From positions 1 through 64,000 of IMG/VR virus record IMGVR_UViG_3300021963_003887: a DNA stretch of 64,000 nucleotides; one strand, given 5' to 3'. Source of the DNA: a virus. Its lineage: Duplodnaviria; Caudoviricetes. The position numbers were made by a program, and so were the translations under genes. Positions within the stretch are counted from its first letter, which is position 1; each line of letters starts with the position of its first letter. Below the pieces are notes generated by a model that had not been told where the DNA came from, made no database searches, and worked only from the letters and a program-made list of their open reading frames with translations. Positions 1 through 10,119 of the stretch are shown here, one piece after another.

Positions 1-1
1 A

Positions 2-994
2 ATAATTGCCGCCACTGTAAAAATCAGCAACTGTTAGGTCTTCAACAGTAGTTTCACCGTTTAATAAAAAACCGTCATTGTATTCTGTAGCGGTAGTGGG
101 CACGATACGCACAGAACGAATTCCTGTGCCTTTGACTGTTACACCCACAGGTACTTCTAATGGAAATTGTTCTTCGTATACACCTGGATAAAGATATATG
201 GTTGTTCCAGCAGGTGCTATGCTCAAAGCATATTTTAGAGTTCTTAGCGAATCATTAGGATGTTCGCCCTGGTGTGAGTCGTTGCCGTTAACTGCTGACA
301 CGTAAAGCATATTTCCAGGCAATGCTGAAATATTAACACCGTCAATAATTAAATTCTGAGAAGTAATTATATCAGCGTATAAATTTCTAGTCCAAACGTC
401 ATACCAACGTTTGCCGCCTGTAAGCGGATTTGATCCTATATTGTATACTTCGTTAGCATCAGGAATTAGATTACTGTTGATTTCTGCGTTGAAAGTAATA
501 GTATCAGTAGTAGCATCGCCTAAAACAATATTACCGTCTGCGGTAATCGCACCATCGACTTGTAGATCCCCAGCAACCTGTACTCCAGACTTGATATCTA
601 TTATACCAGTACCGCTAGGGCGTAATTCTAAATTAGCATTAGATTCATTAGTAGCTATGATATTATTAAAAATATCAATCGAATCTATGGAAAACTTACT
701 GGTTCTTAGAGCGGAACCTTCTGGCAGATTAAAAGTTAAATCACCATCGTAGGTTATGGTATTTGGTGAAAATAAGAAGTCTCCAATTTGTGCTGTAGAG
801 CCTGTGACTTCTAGATTTGTTGTGCGGGTCGTGCCGTTTACTTGAAGTTCGTGACTAGGAGTAGCAGTCTTTATGCCGATTCGCCTATTATTAACATCAA
901 GATAAAGTAGGTCGGTCTCAAAGGCCAGATCCACACCTTGGCGTAGAAGGTTAGCCTTTAAGAGCGGACCGCTAATTCGACCAAGCTGGCTCAT
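2..994 (-). CDS. Large virion fibre/structural protein, 5' part (runs off the left edge); paralog of 1114..6810
   Basis: Not in the ORF track. ATG at 994 follows GGAGAGCGA. Hand translation gives MSQLGRISGPLLKANLLRQGVDLAFETDLLYLDVNNRRIGI... and later YVSAVNGND...LRTLKYALSIAPAGTTIYLYPGVYEEQFPLEVPVGVTVKG, collinear with the 1898-aa protein. Confidence 0.85.
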   Translation of the reverse strand, partial: MSQLGRISGPLLKANLLRQGVDLAFETDLLYLDVNNRRIGIKTATPSHELQVNGTTRTTNLEVTGSTAQIGDFLFSPNTITYDGDLTFNLPEGSALRTSKFSIDSIDIFNNIIATNESNANLELRPSGTGIIDIKSGVQVAGDLQVDGAITADGNIVLGDATTDTITFNAEINSNLIPDANEVYNIGSNPLTGGKRWYDVWTRNLYADIITSQNLIIDGVNISALPGNMLYVSAVNGNDSHQGEHPNDSLRTLKYALSIAPAGTTIYLYPGVYEEQFPLEVPVGVTVKGTGIRSVRIVPTTATEYNDGFLLNGETTVEDLTVADFYSGGNY

Positions 995-1094
995 TCGCTC
1001 TCCTTTTCACCCCGTGTTTCACGGTTAACCACCTTACATTGCGGGTTTACCACAGTTTAACCATACAAGGATTGGTCGTCCTTGTAATCAATAG
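995..1094 (-). promoter_or_regulatory. Structured 5' leader (candidate cis-regulatory RNA)
   Basis: Lies between late promoter ATAAATA (1095-1101) and the SD. Stems: TACAAGGA/TCCTTGTA (1064-1071/1079-1086), GGTTAA/TTAACC (1023-1028/1057-1062), CCGTG/CACGG (1012-1016/1020-1024). Confidence 0.55.
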
Positions 1095-1101
1095 TATTTA
1101 T
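1095..1101 (-). promoter_or_regulatory. T4-type late promoter (ATAAATA)
   Basis: Intergenic match to the gp55 consensus TATAAATA, oriented toward the downstream gene; gp55 is encoded in the window. Confidence 0.7.
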
Positions 1102-1113
1102 CGTTTGGGTAGA

Positions 1114-4100
1114 TTAACCAAGTAGGATGGCGTAGATCTCATTTAGCTCTTGTATTTCTGCTAAAGTAGCGTTTGTTGATGTACCTGCTAGAGTAGAATA
1201 GGCGATTCCGTTGAAAACTTCAGGAGCACTAAGATCTGTATTGAATCGAATATCGCCAACTTCGGGCGTTAATGGTCGACTATCAGAATCGCCTGTGGGA
1301 ATAACCAATGCGGTTGTAGAGTTGAATTTAACATACCCAGAACCAGTGGTTTGTAATACCATATTTTCTGTAGGATCGGTGTTAGTTAAAGTTGTACCTG
1401 TAAAGAGTATATCACCCATTACTACTTCACCGGTACCGTCGGGTGTTAGATTGATATTACTATTGCTGGTACTAGAAATAGTGTTACCACTGAATAATAA
1501 CGATCCCGTTAACAGTGCTGTGAGATTAACAGTACTGCTAGTAATGCTCATCCTAGAAACATTGTTTACTCTAAAATCTAAAACATTAGTATCTAATGCT
1601 CTTACAGAAGTAGCACGATTTCTAGAAAAAATGCCTCCGTAAGTTATAGCACCGTTATTAGTCCACCCTTCAAATCTAGATACAGAAGTATTAAATCTTA
1701 ATTCTCCTGTTACGCCGGTTAATTTATTAAGACTAGTACCTGCCGGCAATTTAATAGCATCAGTTTTATCAAAATCTACTATTCTACCAGTAAACGGAAT
1801 TACATTTAGATTGGCATTAGTGTCTACAGTAGATATGATGTTGTTTAGAATACTGGTTTTTTCTAATATAACTCTACCAGTGCCTGAACCTAAAAGATGT
1901 AAATTACTGTTTGATAGTGTAGTCTCTATAAAATTATCTTTGATACGAATGTCGTCGTTAAACAATGTGTCTGTGAGTATAGTTGTGCCTGTAATGTTCC
2001 TAGTGAATATATCACCAGCAACTGACAAATTCTGGCTTAGTAACACAGAATCGTTTAACAAAATCTTAGCAGAGCCTTGAGCTCTAAGATCAATGTTGCT
2101 GTTTGATGTAGTGGTAGCAATTCTAAAATCAATAAAGTTATAATCTTCAAATAGAGCCTGACCGTTAGTTGTTAAGTCACCAGTTAGATTATATTCCCCT
2201 GCTAGATTATATGCTCCGGTGTGTTGTTTTGTTCCAGTTAATCCAAATATTCCATTAATAGCCGTAGCTGTAAAAGTAGAATTGCCAGTTAAGTTTAATT
2301 GGCCTGTGGTAATTTCTAGCGTAGGTTGTACAGTTACTCGTCCAGTACCGTGTGCGGCCAGCTCTAGATCTGTGTTTGACGTAATTGTTTCTATGTAATT
2401 GTTTTGAATTCTAATCTGATCGGTTTCGTAGACATCGCTAGTTACGTCATTGGGGAATGTTATATTCTGTACAGCTATGTAAGCGTCATTTACTGTAAGA
2501 TCATTTTCTATGACCACATTAGCATTTGGTACTACAATATTGCCTATCCCGCCCGACGCTATTAATTCTAAATCTGAATTTGAACTAGTAGTAGTAACAG
2601 TATTTCCAGATATAATCACATCGCCGTTAGTGAACTGATCTGCTATTAAATCTCCTGTAATATTCACGTTACCGGTCTGGATAATGTTTCCGGTTTGATT
2701 TAATTGCCCTGCTAATACTAGATTTGTTAGCTGAGTATTCAGTAATGTTGACGTTCCGGAAATAGTAAGATTGTTGTCAATTTCAAAATTATCAGTAATA
2801 TTAACTCGACCGGTGCCATTGGCACGTAATTCAAGATCGGCATTAGATACTGTGGTTGTAATAAAATTTTCTTGTACAAGAATATCGTCGACAAAAATCG
2901 ATAATCCTGTTGCCTGTGTCCTAACAGTTAGATCATCAGAAATTAGCTCGCCTTGTATTTCTAAATTGTTTTCAATTATTAGATCGTCATTGAATACAAC
3001 AAGTCTAGCCGGTTGTGCCAATATTTCGATATTTGTGTTAGAGGATAATTTATTTCCTTCTATTCTTAAATTTTGAAATTGAGCGTAACTCGATGCTGAT
3101 AAGAATCCCTGTATTGTAGTAGCTCCTGCGATATCAGCATCGCCTATTCTTACTAGATCGTTTGTATGTGTTACTGTAGCTGATATGTTTAAATCTAATA
3201 AGTCGCTGGATCCCGAAACTGAAAGATATGTATCAGCAATTAAATCAGTGTCTACTATGTTTAATAATCCAACAGGATCTAATACTAAATTAGTGTTTAA
3301 ATTATTAGATTCTATCACATTGCCTGTAATCGTAACACCGTTTAAAATCATAGCAGACGAAGTTACTTGATATGCTATAGATGCTAGATTAGTTGAAATT
3401 GTATTTTGTACTAATAAATTATTGTCTACAAGAACATTTTCTTGTAACAAAACTTTTCCCGATCCTGCCGCTTGTAATAATAAATTATTATTAGCTAACG
3501 TAGTTGATATTACATTACCTTGTATAGAAATATCTTCAAATTCTATGTAGTTAACACTTAAATTATTAGATATAGCAAGATCGCCAGTAATCGCAGCATT
3601 GCCAGATGCTGTGATATTGCTAGTGCTGTTTATAGAGTCGACTGTGATTGATTTTAAATTTGTTGTTCCGTTTACAGTTAAGGCTTGATCTATTAGTATA
3701 CTATCGGTTTTTACTTTTCCTGTACCATCGGCATTTACTATTAAATCTTGTGTGGGTGTTTCTATTACATTTCCGTATATTTTAACTCCCGCATCAAAAA
3801 TGTCCGAGGTTATCTGAGAGAGTTGTATATCAGACGAATTGATACTGTTGTATATTAAATTTTGATCTATTTGTACATCGTTAACAGGCACATAGATATT
3901 TCCAGTGCCGTTAGCACGTAATTCAAGATCCGAATTTGATTGTACTGTAGATATTACATTACTATCGACAGATATGTCACCAAAACTTAAACTAGGAACT
4001 GATAAGGCAAGATTGTTAGATAACTGATAATTCCCTGTTACTGTAGTATTTCCTATTAGGTTTTGATTGCCGGTCTGTGAAAAAATACCTAGGATATTTG

Positions 4101-6810
4101 TATCTTTGAGATTTAAAATATTAACAGCATCAAACCCTGTCTCTACTTGTAATGCGTCAAAAACAACTTTTCCTGTCCCAGCGGCATATAATTCTAAATC
4201 ACTGTTGCTAGATTTAGTATAAATTTTATTGTCGTCAAATACGATTTCGCCAAAGTCGGCTTTACCTAACCAAATAGAATTCCAAGTTAATACTGACGAA
4301 CCTAATGAAGAAACATTAGGATATTTAGGAATAATATCACTATCAACCTCGCTGGCAAATGTCACCGTATCTATGGCTCCGGCATTACCGATATTGATAG
4401 TACCGTCTATGCTGAGATTTCCTGTTAGATCTAGATTGCCTGCGACATTGCTAGTTTGTAGTGTCTGAGGTACGACCGCAGATTTGATATTTAGATCGCC
4501 AGTAGTTGTAGACAGTGTATTACCTTGGAATATTACGTCACCGGTTTCAATCTTTTCAGCGTTTAATATCGTTATGTCTGTTCCGTCGGAAAAAATAATT
4601 TCATTGATTCCGCTTACGCTTTGCCCTATCCCGTTGAAGGTAACTAGGCCAGTTTCTTGGTCTACAAAAAATGCTTCGCCTACTCGAAAGTTACCGTTGT
4701 GGTCGTCACTTTGCCAGTATATCCTAGCATTGTTTAGGGTAACTGTTTCATTAGCTTGTATAACTGTAGTAGGATCATTTGTGACATTGGTACCTGTGCC
4801 AATGTAGGCAAAGTTATGATTGATCAAATACATTAATACATCAGCACCGTCGCCCTCAGCACCAACAGTACCATAGACGTTGGCAGAGCCGATACTTCTG
4901 AGTTCTGCTCCGTAGAGCATTGTCGATCCGTCAGGACTTAGTCGACCCAAAGATCCGTTAGTTGCGTATAGTCCCTTTGAAGCAAAATATGTAAAAGAAT
5001 TTAACCATTCAACTCTGACACCGTTAGTCATGTATAGACCAACAGAATTAGGAACTATAAATGTCACGGAATGAAATAACATGCTGGCTGTTATTGACTG
5101 CGGCACTACAGCACCGCCGTCAACTAACGCACCTCTACCAGCCGGTGCTGCTGCTGATCCGCTAGGCGATGAAAAAATCGGAATACCGACACCTGCTACT
5201 AATGATGTAGTAACATAGATTCTCCACATGTTGGTGTTGATCGGATCTTCGATGATATAATCAACAATGTATATTGTACCTGCTACGTTAATTGACCATT
5301 CAGGTCCAACGACACTAGTAAAGAAAGGAGGTAGATTAGTTTTGTACCAGGCTACCCATTTTTCTCCGATTGAATTACCGGTTGTGTCCCAAATGTCATT
5401 AGTGACTATTTGTGTTGTTCCTACATCGGGGTAAAAACTAATTGGTTTGAGTTGGCCGGCTGGATTAAATGTTGTATCAACGGTCATTCTCCACTGCGTT
5501 GGGGATAACGGTTCTGTTTCGATTGATACAACTGTGTAATATAAAGGAGGATTAGGATACCTATCAATGACTGCGATTTGGCCCACTAAAGAATCTACAA
5601 GAGCTTGACTATAGAATGATTTATCTAAAGTTACACTATCGCTAGTTAAAGAAATTCCTGTAGGTGCCGGTCCGACTGTAATATTAGTAGGTGTTAATGT
5701 TCCAGCAACTTCCTGTGTTATAACAGTTATGTTCTGTACATATGGAGATCTTTCAGTAGCGTCGTATCCATCTGCAAATCTAAAACCATAACCTTCATCG
5801 GTTGTCTCGTTATAAAAGAAATCTCTTACTGTGAGATTTGAAACTGTTGATCCGGCATTGAGTAAGAAACAATCTTTGAACTCGCTGCTAGAATCTGGTT
5901 CAACAATAACTGTTCTAATGTCTGTACCGTTAACTGTCACGCCACTCGGTACTTCTAAAGGAAACGTTTCTTGATAAACACCGGGATAGATAGTTACAGT
6001 ATCGCCTGCTGTGGCAAAACTCAAAGCATGTTTAATAGTTCTAAATCCGCCAAGCTGATGAGTACCGTCATTCCATATACCACTGTCTTCACCTAATGTG
6101 CTAACGTAATAGGAATTTCCTGGTCTAAGGGCCACGTTAGGATTGATATTAGCTACAGAAGTGATATCTTCGGTGATTAAGAACTCGCCGTTAATTAACT
6201 CGGTATGTAGTTCGTTCCATTTTCTGTCTGATGAACCAATATTATATGTTTCGTTTAACGTAGGCATTAGGTCGCCTACTATTTCCGCTGTGAATGCTAA
6301 GGTGTCAAGAGCATTATTATCGCCAAATGTAATATTGCCCTTTAATGTTAACCCATCATTTCCTTCTATATTTCCCGCAATCACAGCATTTCCGTCAAAT
6401 AATACTTTACCTGTACCGTGAGGAGAAAGCTCTATATTTTCGTTGCTAATAACACCTTGGATATAGTTGTCGTTGAAAATTAGACTAGGAGTTTCTAAAA
6501 TATCAGCAAACAAAGTGCCTGTGGCATTTATAGTTACGTTGCCGGTATAACTGGTTATAGTTCCAGTATCTCCGTCGAGATAGAGATTAGTTAACTGTGC
6601 GTCATTATCGACTATTAATCCTACAGTAGATATGGTTCCATCAACTGTAAGTTCTCTAGGCATAGCATTGGTATTAATACCGAGCCTGCGTGAATTTACA
6701 TCGAGATAGAGATTGTTATCTCCAAACTGATTTTCAAAGACAAGGTCCACTCCCAACCGTTCAAGGTTGGCCTTAAGCATTGGACCGGAAATTCTACCTA
6801 GATCTGCCAA
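1114..6810 (-). CDS. Giant repeat-rich virion fibre/structural protein with a probable parallel beta-helix (pectin-lyase-like) domain
   Basis: 1898 aa, TTG start after GGGGCG. Many imperfect repeats of I.I.(D/G)N.I(S/E)T..SN.DLEL.A.GTG.V. The segment YYVS...FRTIKHAL..A..GDTV.IYPGVY.E is typical of beta-helix N-caps. Two C-terminal P.G......G..RFNT motifs. Confidence 0.75.
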   Translation of the reverse strand: MADLGRISGPMLKANLERLGVDLVFENQFGDNNLYLDVNSRRLGINTNAMPRELTVDGTISTVGLIVDNDAQLTNLYLDGDTGTITSYTGNVTINATGTLFADILETPSLIFNDNYIQGVISNENIELSPHGTGKVLFDGNAVIAGNIEGNDGLTLKGNITFGDNNALDTLAFTAEIVGDLMPTLNETYNIGSSDRKWNELHTELINGEFLITEDITSVANINPNVALRPGNSYYVSTLGEDSGIWNDGTHQLGGFRTIKHALSFATAGDTVTIYPGVYQETFPLEVPSGVTVNGTDIRTVIVEPDSSSEFKDCFLLNAGSTVSNLTVRDFFYNETTDEGYGFRFADGYDATERSPYVQNITVITQEVAGTLTPTNITVGPAPTGISLTSDSVTLDKSFYSQALVDSLVGQIAVIDRYPNPPLYYTVVSIETEPLSPTQWRMTVDTTFNPAGQLKPISFYPDVGTTQIVTNDIWDTTGNSIGEKWVAWYKTNLPPFFTSVVGPEWSINVAGTIYIVDYIIEDPINTNMWRIYVTTSLVAGVGIPIFSSPSGSAAAPAGRGALVDGGAVVPQSITASMLFHSVTFIVPNSVGLYMTNGVRVEWLNSFTYFASKGLYATNGSLGRLSPDGSTMLYGAELRSIGSANVYGTVGAEGDGADVLMYLINHNFAYIGTGTNVTNDPTTVIQANETVTLNNARIYWQSDDHNGNFRVGEAFFVDQETGLVTFNGIGQSVSGINEIIFSDGTDITILNAEKIETGDVIFQGNTLSTTTGDLNIKSAVVPQTLQTSNVAGNLDLTGNLSIDGTINIGNAGAIDTVTFASEVDSDIIPKYPNVSSLGSSVLTWNSIWLGKADFGEIVFDDNKIYTKSSNSDLELYAAGTGKVVFDALQVETGFDAVNILNLKDTNILGIFSQTGNQNLIGNTTVTGNYQLSNNLALSVPSLSFGDISVDSNVISTVQSNSDLELRANGTGNIYVPVNDVQIDQNLIYNSINSSDIQLSQITSDIFDAGVKIYGNVIETPTQDLIVNADGTGKVKTDSILIDQALTVNGTTNLKSITVDSINSTSNITASGNAAITGDLAISNNLSVNYIEFEDISIQGNVISTTLANNNLLLQAAGSGKVLLQENVLVDNNLLVQNTISTNLASIAYQVTSSAMILNGVTITGNVIESNNLNTNLVLDPVGLLNIVDTDLIADTYLSVSGSSDLLDLNISATVTHTNDLVRIGDADIAGATTIQGFLSASSYAQFQNLRIEGNKLSSNTNIEILAQPARLVVFNDDLIIENNLEIQGELISDDLTVRTQATGLSIFVDDILVQENFITTTVSNADLELRANGTGRVNITDNFEIDNNLTISGTSTLLNTQLTNLVLAGQLNQTGNIIQTGNVNITGDLIADQFTNGDVIISGNTVTTTSSNSDLELIASGGIGNIVVPNANVVIENDLTVNDAYIAVQNITFPNDVTSDVYETDQIRIQNNYIETITSNTDLELAAHGTGRVTVQPTLEITTGQLNLTGNSTFTATAINGIFGLTGTKQHTGAYNLAGEYNLTGDLTTNGQALFEDYNFIDFRIATTTSNSNIDLRAQGSAKILLNDSVLLSQNLSVAGDIFTRNITGTTILTDTLFNDDIRIKDNFIETTLSNSNLHLLGSGTGRVILEKTSILNNIISTVDTNANLNVIPFTGRIVDFDKTDAIKLPAGTSLNKLTGVTGELRFNTSVSRFEGWTNNGAITYGGIFSRNRATSVRALDTNVLDFRVNNVSRMSITSSTVNLTALLTGSLLFSGNTISSTSNSNINLTPDGTGEVVMGDILFTGTTLTNTDPTENMVLQTTGSGYVKFNSTTALVIPTGDSDSRPLTPEVGDIRFNTDLSAPEVFNGIAYSTLAGTSTNATLAEIQELNEIYAILLG

Positions 6811-6828
6811 AATACGCCCCTTATTTGA

Positions 6829-6835
6829 TATTTAT
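6829..6835 (-). promoter_or_regulatory. T4-type late promoter (ATAAATA)
   Basis: tatttat on the + strand in the intergenic gap, 18 nt upstream of the TTG start. Confidence 0.7.
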
Positions 6836-6851
6836 CGGAGCGATTGGGTGA

Positions 6852-7700
6852 TTATTGATCGTACCCGAAATAAACAATAACTGGTTTTGTGTCAGGTACT
6901 GCTGAAAGAAATTTAATATGCCAACCTGGTTTAGCAATCTTTACATTGTATGTACTAGGCCCAGTTTCGCCTGTAACTGTAACAGTCGGAGTGCTAGCAC
7001 CGGTGTATCCAGTACCAGGATTTGTAATATTAATTTCTGTAATAGCACCAGTTCCGTCTGTAGTTCCTAGACCTGTAGCAGTTGTACCTGCGACATCCGG
7101 AGCACTAAAAACCACAGGAATAGTTGTGCTGTTCGGAGTTAATCCTGTACCGCCTGTGACTACTTCTACACCAACAACAATTCCGTCTGATTCTATTAGA
7201 TCAAAGTTTGTACCCGAAACTTGAAATACGTTTTCTACGATAACAATCATGTTATCTACATAATCTAAAGGGTCATGCCCTTGTTCTAGTCCCGGAACAT
7301 AATCTAAAGGATCTCCGCTGATAGGAAACCATTTGCTAATATCTTCATTAGGTTGTAAAACTGCGTCCCAGTTACCTACCCCAAGTTCTTCTTTACGAAC
7401 TCGAGCTGGTCCTGTCATTCTTAATGGATACCATTGACCTTCGTAGTACATTTCAAAACCCACAGGTCTGGTCGGGTCCCAATAAACAGCAGTATCAGCA
7501 ATCTCATGCCCGCTGTTAACATCTGTGTTATAGCGTATCATACCTTCTGTAGGATAATACGGTCTAAATATCTGTTCTCCAGTAGGCATTTTGATACCAC
7601 TTTTAGATTCAATATTAACTTGATTGGTAGGATATTGAATGATAAAAGTTTTATCATTTGGAGTATACTTAGAAAGATTTTGACTTTTAAGATATTTCAT
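6852..7700 (-). CDS. Virion structural protein
   Basis: 282 aa. Contains the P.G....RP..P.EGMIRYNTD motif shared with the fibre proteins and an ITNPGTGYT...P.VTVTG beta repeat; lies in the structural operon. Confidence 0.7.
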   Translation of the reverse strand: MKYLKSQNLSKYTPNDKTFIIQYPTNQVNIESKSGIKMPTGEQIFRPYYPTEGMIRYNTDVNSGHEIADTAVYWDPTRPVGFEMYYEGQWYPLRMTGPARVRKEELGVGNWDAVLQPNEDISKWFPISGDPLDYVPGLEQGHDPLDYVDNMIVIVENVFQVSGTNFDLIESDGIVVGVEVVTGGTGLTPNSTTIPVVFSAPDVAGTTATGLGTTDGTGAITEINITNPGTGYTGASTPTVTVTGETGPSTYNVKIAKPGWHIKFLSAVPDTKPVIVYFGYDQ

Positions 7701-8068
7701 ACAGGTAGTACACTCACTGTAGCAACAACTTTGCTGTTTTCAGAAGCACGGGCACGTATACTGTCACCAGCACCTAACACGACCCTTTCAGTATCAAAGA
7801 ATACTGTTTCCCCTGCAGGAATTCTTAAAGATTTAATAATAGCATTCACTAAAGGATCGGCGGCAGCTCCAGACTTTACAAGATACACATCGATATTAGT
7901 GTCTCCGCCAGCGGCACCGGTACTTAATGCTAGGGTTGAGTCATCCGGATCAGCAACGTTACAGAATATCATAGTTGTTACAGCACTTTGAGAATTTAAA
8001 TCTCCTGGAGTGCCCGGTGCTGTAAAAATTGTTTCAATGTCAACTGTTAATAATTTATTTTCTATCAT
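7697..8068 (-). CDS. Small virion structural protein (beta-sandwich-like)
   Basis: 123 aa, ATGA overlap with the next gene, beta-rich sequence. Confidence 0.65.
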   Translation of the reverse strand: MIENKLLTVDIETIFTAPGTPGDLNSQSAVTTMIFCNVADPDDSTLALSTGAAGGDTNIDVYLVKSGAAADPLVNAIIKSLRIPAGETVFFDTERVVLGAGDSIRARASENSKVVATVSVLPV

Positions 8069-8077
8069 GTTCGATCC

Positions 8078-9616
8078 TTAAAAAAGCATACTCATAACGA
8101 GAGCTTTTTGTTTACTTATTAGTTCATTTTTAACAGGATATGTTAAAAGATTAGCAGGTGTGTTTTCTGCTACTGGGTTATTAGTTACCCACTGATCCCA
8201 ACTTAGACTTTGTTTTAGATTATTAAAATATAGTCCAGTGCCTCCAGGCGTTGGTCTTACTAATACATTGTCGTTGGGGTTTCCATATAATACTGTAGAT
8301 CCTGCTACATAATTTAAAGCTACTGTAGGTGTAGCCTGTGCTTCAAACTGTATACCTCTATTAATTTCAACTTTACCGCTGCCTAGGGTTGTAAGTTTAA
8401 AATTAGAATCGGTTACAGTATTAGCAATTTGATTGTCTTCAATTTCAAAATCTTGTATCTTAACTCTATTTTCGTAGAACGTCGAAGATAAAACACCGTC
8501 TACTACAACACGAACTTGGCTTTCTGTTAGTGATGGATTAGCACCGGCACTGAATGTAATTAACGGAACGTAATCGTACTCGCCGGGATCACTGACTGTG
8601 ATAGTAGATATGGATCTGTAGCTGGGCGAAAACACATCTAAGTCTACTGCGGCTACTGCCGAAGCAGTAAGTATTCCTGCTCCTAGATCAGTTCCTGGTT
8701 GAAAATTAACTGTGACTGATTCATAATCGTTACCTGAATTGATAATTTCAACTTCTTCTACACCCCATACTACATCAAACTTTGCTCCAAACCCTAAGCC
8801 GTTAGTGCTAGTTGATATGTTATAAATGGATGGTGGAATGTCAGCAAACAGTCCGCCATCAATGACGGTAAATGTTAATATTCCGCCGCTAACATCAACA
8901 GAATCGACACGAATTTTTCCATCTCTACGGGTCGATCCGCCTACTAATAATAATTCATCGTTAACTGAATAATTAGCACCTGGTACTGTTATCTGTGCTA
9001 ATTGAATAGACATTATAGAGATAGCACTAGCACCACCGTCAATGTCTTGAACTATTACATAAGTATCATCTCGTTTGATTTCGTTGTCTGGCTGTCTATT
9101 TAAAATAGCTACATCAACATATTTCTTATTAGGTACATCGTCGTCTTGTGTAACTTGATTTTCATAGTTAGTAGTTCCGGCAACAGAAATTACACCTAAT
9201 CCTGAACCAATAACAGTAAGATCGCCGTTGTCTATAAAAGGATTAGTTAAGATTCGTCTTACTTTTAGATTACTATCAGTGTACGATGATAAACCTCCAG
9301 CAACAGTTACGATCTCCCAAGTACCTGCTGCCTCATCGTACCAAAATGTTGGAAACGGGTTTCTAGTAGAATCGTCGCTGAATCCTCGATCAATCTGTAT
9401 ACCAGCATAACCTTCAGTAACACCATCACCTGTTTCGTTTTTGTTTAAGGTGATGATGTTATCTTCAATATCTAAATTCGTCACGTTTACAGTTACATAG
9501 TCGCCTTCAACTCGTAAATTTCCAGTGACCAAGACTTCATTGGTGTCAAGAGTTATCCTGCCATCAATCTGCGTTTTTATTTTATAATCGCAATTAGTCT
9601 GTAAAACCTGTGCCAT
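8078..9616 (-). CDS. Virion structural/fibre-like protein
   Basis: 512 aa. The segment VTGNLRVEG..VTVNVTNLDIEDNIITLNK...AGIQIDRG resembles 56355..58421; also PG.NY/G.DY beta repeats. Confidence 0.7.
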   Translation of the reverse strand: MAQVLQTNCDYKIKTQIDGRITLDTNEVLVTGNLRVEGDYVTVNVTNLDIEDNIITLNKNETGDGVTEGYAGIQIDRGFSDDSTRNPFPTFWYDEAAGTWEIVTVAGGLSSYTDSNLKVRRILTNPFIDNGDLTVIGSGLGVISVAGTTNYENQVTQDDDVPNKKYVDVAILNRQPDNEIKRDDTYVIVQDIDGGASAISIMSIQLAQITVPGANYSVNDELLLVGGSTRRDGKIRVDSVDVSGGILTFTVIDGGLFADIPPSIYNISTSTNGLGFGAKFDVVWGVEEVEIINSGNDYESVTVNFQPGTDLGAGILTASAVAAVDLDVFSPSYRSISTITVSDPGEYDYVPLITFSAGANPSLTESQVRVVVDGVLSSTFYENRVKIQDFEIEDNQIANTVTDSNFKLTTLGSGKVEINRGIQFEAQATPTVALNYVAGSTVLYGNPNDNVLVRPTPGGTGLYFNNLKQSLSWDQWVTNNPVAENTPANLLTYPVKNELISKQKALVMSMLF

Positions 9617-9630
9617 GACGTAATCCTAGA

Positions 9631-10038
9631 TTAGATAGCGGTTAGTTGGATATAATCGCTAGTTGAATCGTTAACTAAAATCCAAGTATAACGGTTATTA
9701 CTAAAATCTGTAGCTACACGTTTTGTGATCTTAGCGATCGGAGTTGGGGCAGCAGCGTTACCACCGATGTATCCGTTTAATCTCATTTCGCCATTGCTAT
9801 CTGGAATAGCAGACTGTAGTACGCATGGACCAAGATTATCGCCGTCTTGATTCTTTAGCGTAAATGTTTTTGCTCCGCGTTGCTTATAGATATAAGCATA
9901 ATTTGTTGAAGCATTGTAAGTAGCATCAGTATAAGCTGTGCCGCCTGCATAGGCTTCAACTCTTACACCGGTGTTAGTAGTTGCTGGGGTACCGATGGCA
10001 TCTGTGCCAAGTACATCTTTTCTTAATGGACGTCCCAT
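9631..10038 (-). CDS. Probable virion structural (head-associated) protein
   Basis: 135 aa, strong SD (AAGGAG), its own late promoter, near gp23. Confidence 0.65.
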   Translation of the reverse strand: MGRPLRKDVLGTDAIGTPATTNTGVRVEAYAGGTAYTDATYNASTNYAYIYKQRGAKTFTLKNQDGDNLGPCVLQSAIPDSNGEMRLNGYIGGNAAAPTPIAKITKRVATDFSNNRYTWILVNDSTSDYIQLTAI

Positions 10039-10051
10039 TTGTTTCTCCTTA

Positions 10052-10119
10052 ATTTGACGTTCTAGGTCTACGCTGCGGGTTACAGCATAAGTTACTCTGT
10101 GAGTACGCTCTAGATACTT
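10052..10119 (-). promoter_or_regulatory. Structured 5' leader, three-way junction (candidate cis-regulatory RNA)
   Basis: P1 TCTAG/CTAGA (10061-65/10110-14) encloses P2 TACTC/GAGTA (10093-97/10101-05) and P3 (10069-75/10083-89, one G-U pair in the mRNA). Confidence 0.55.
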
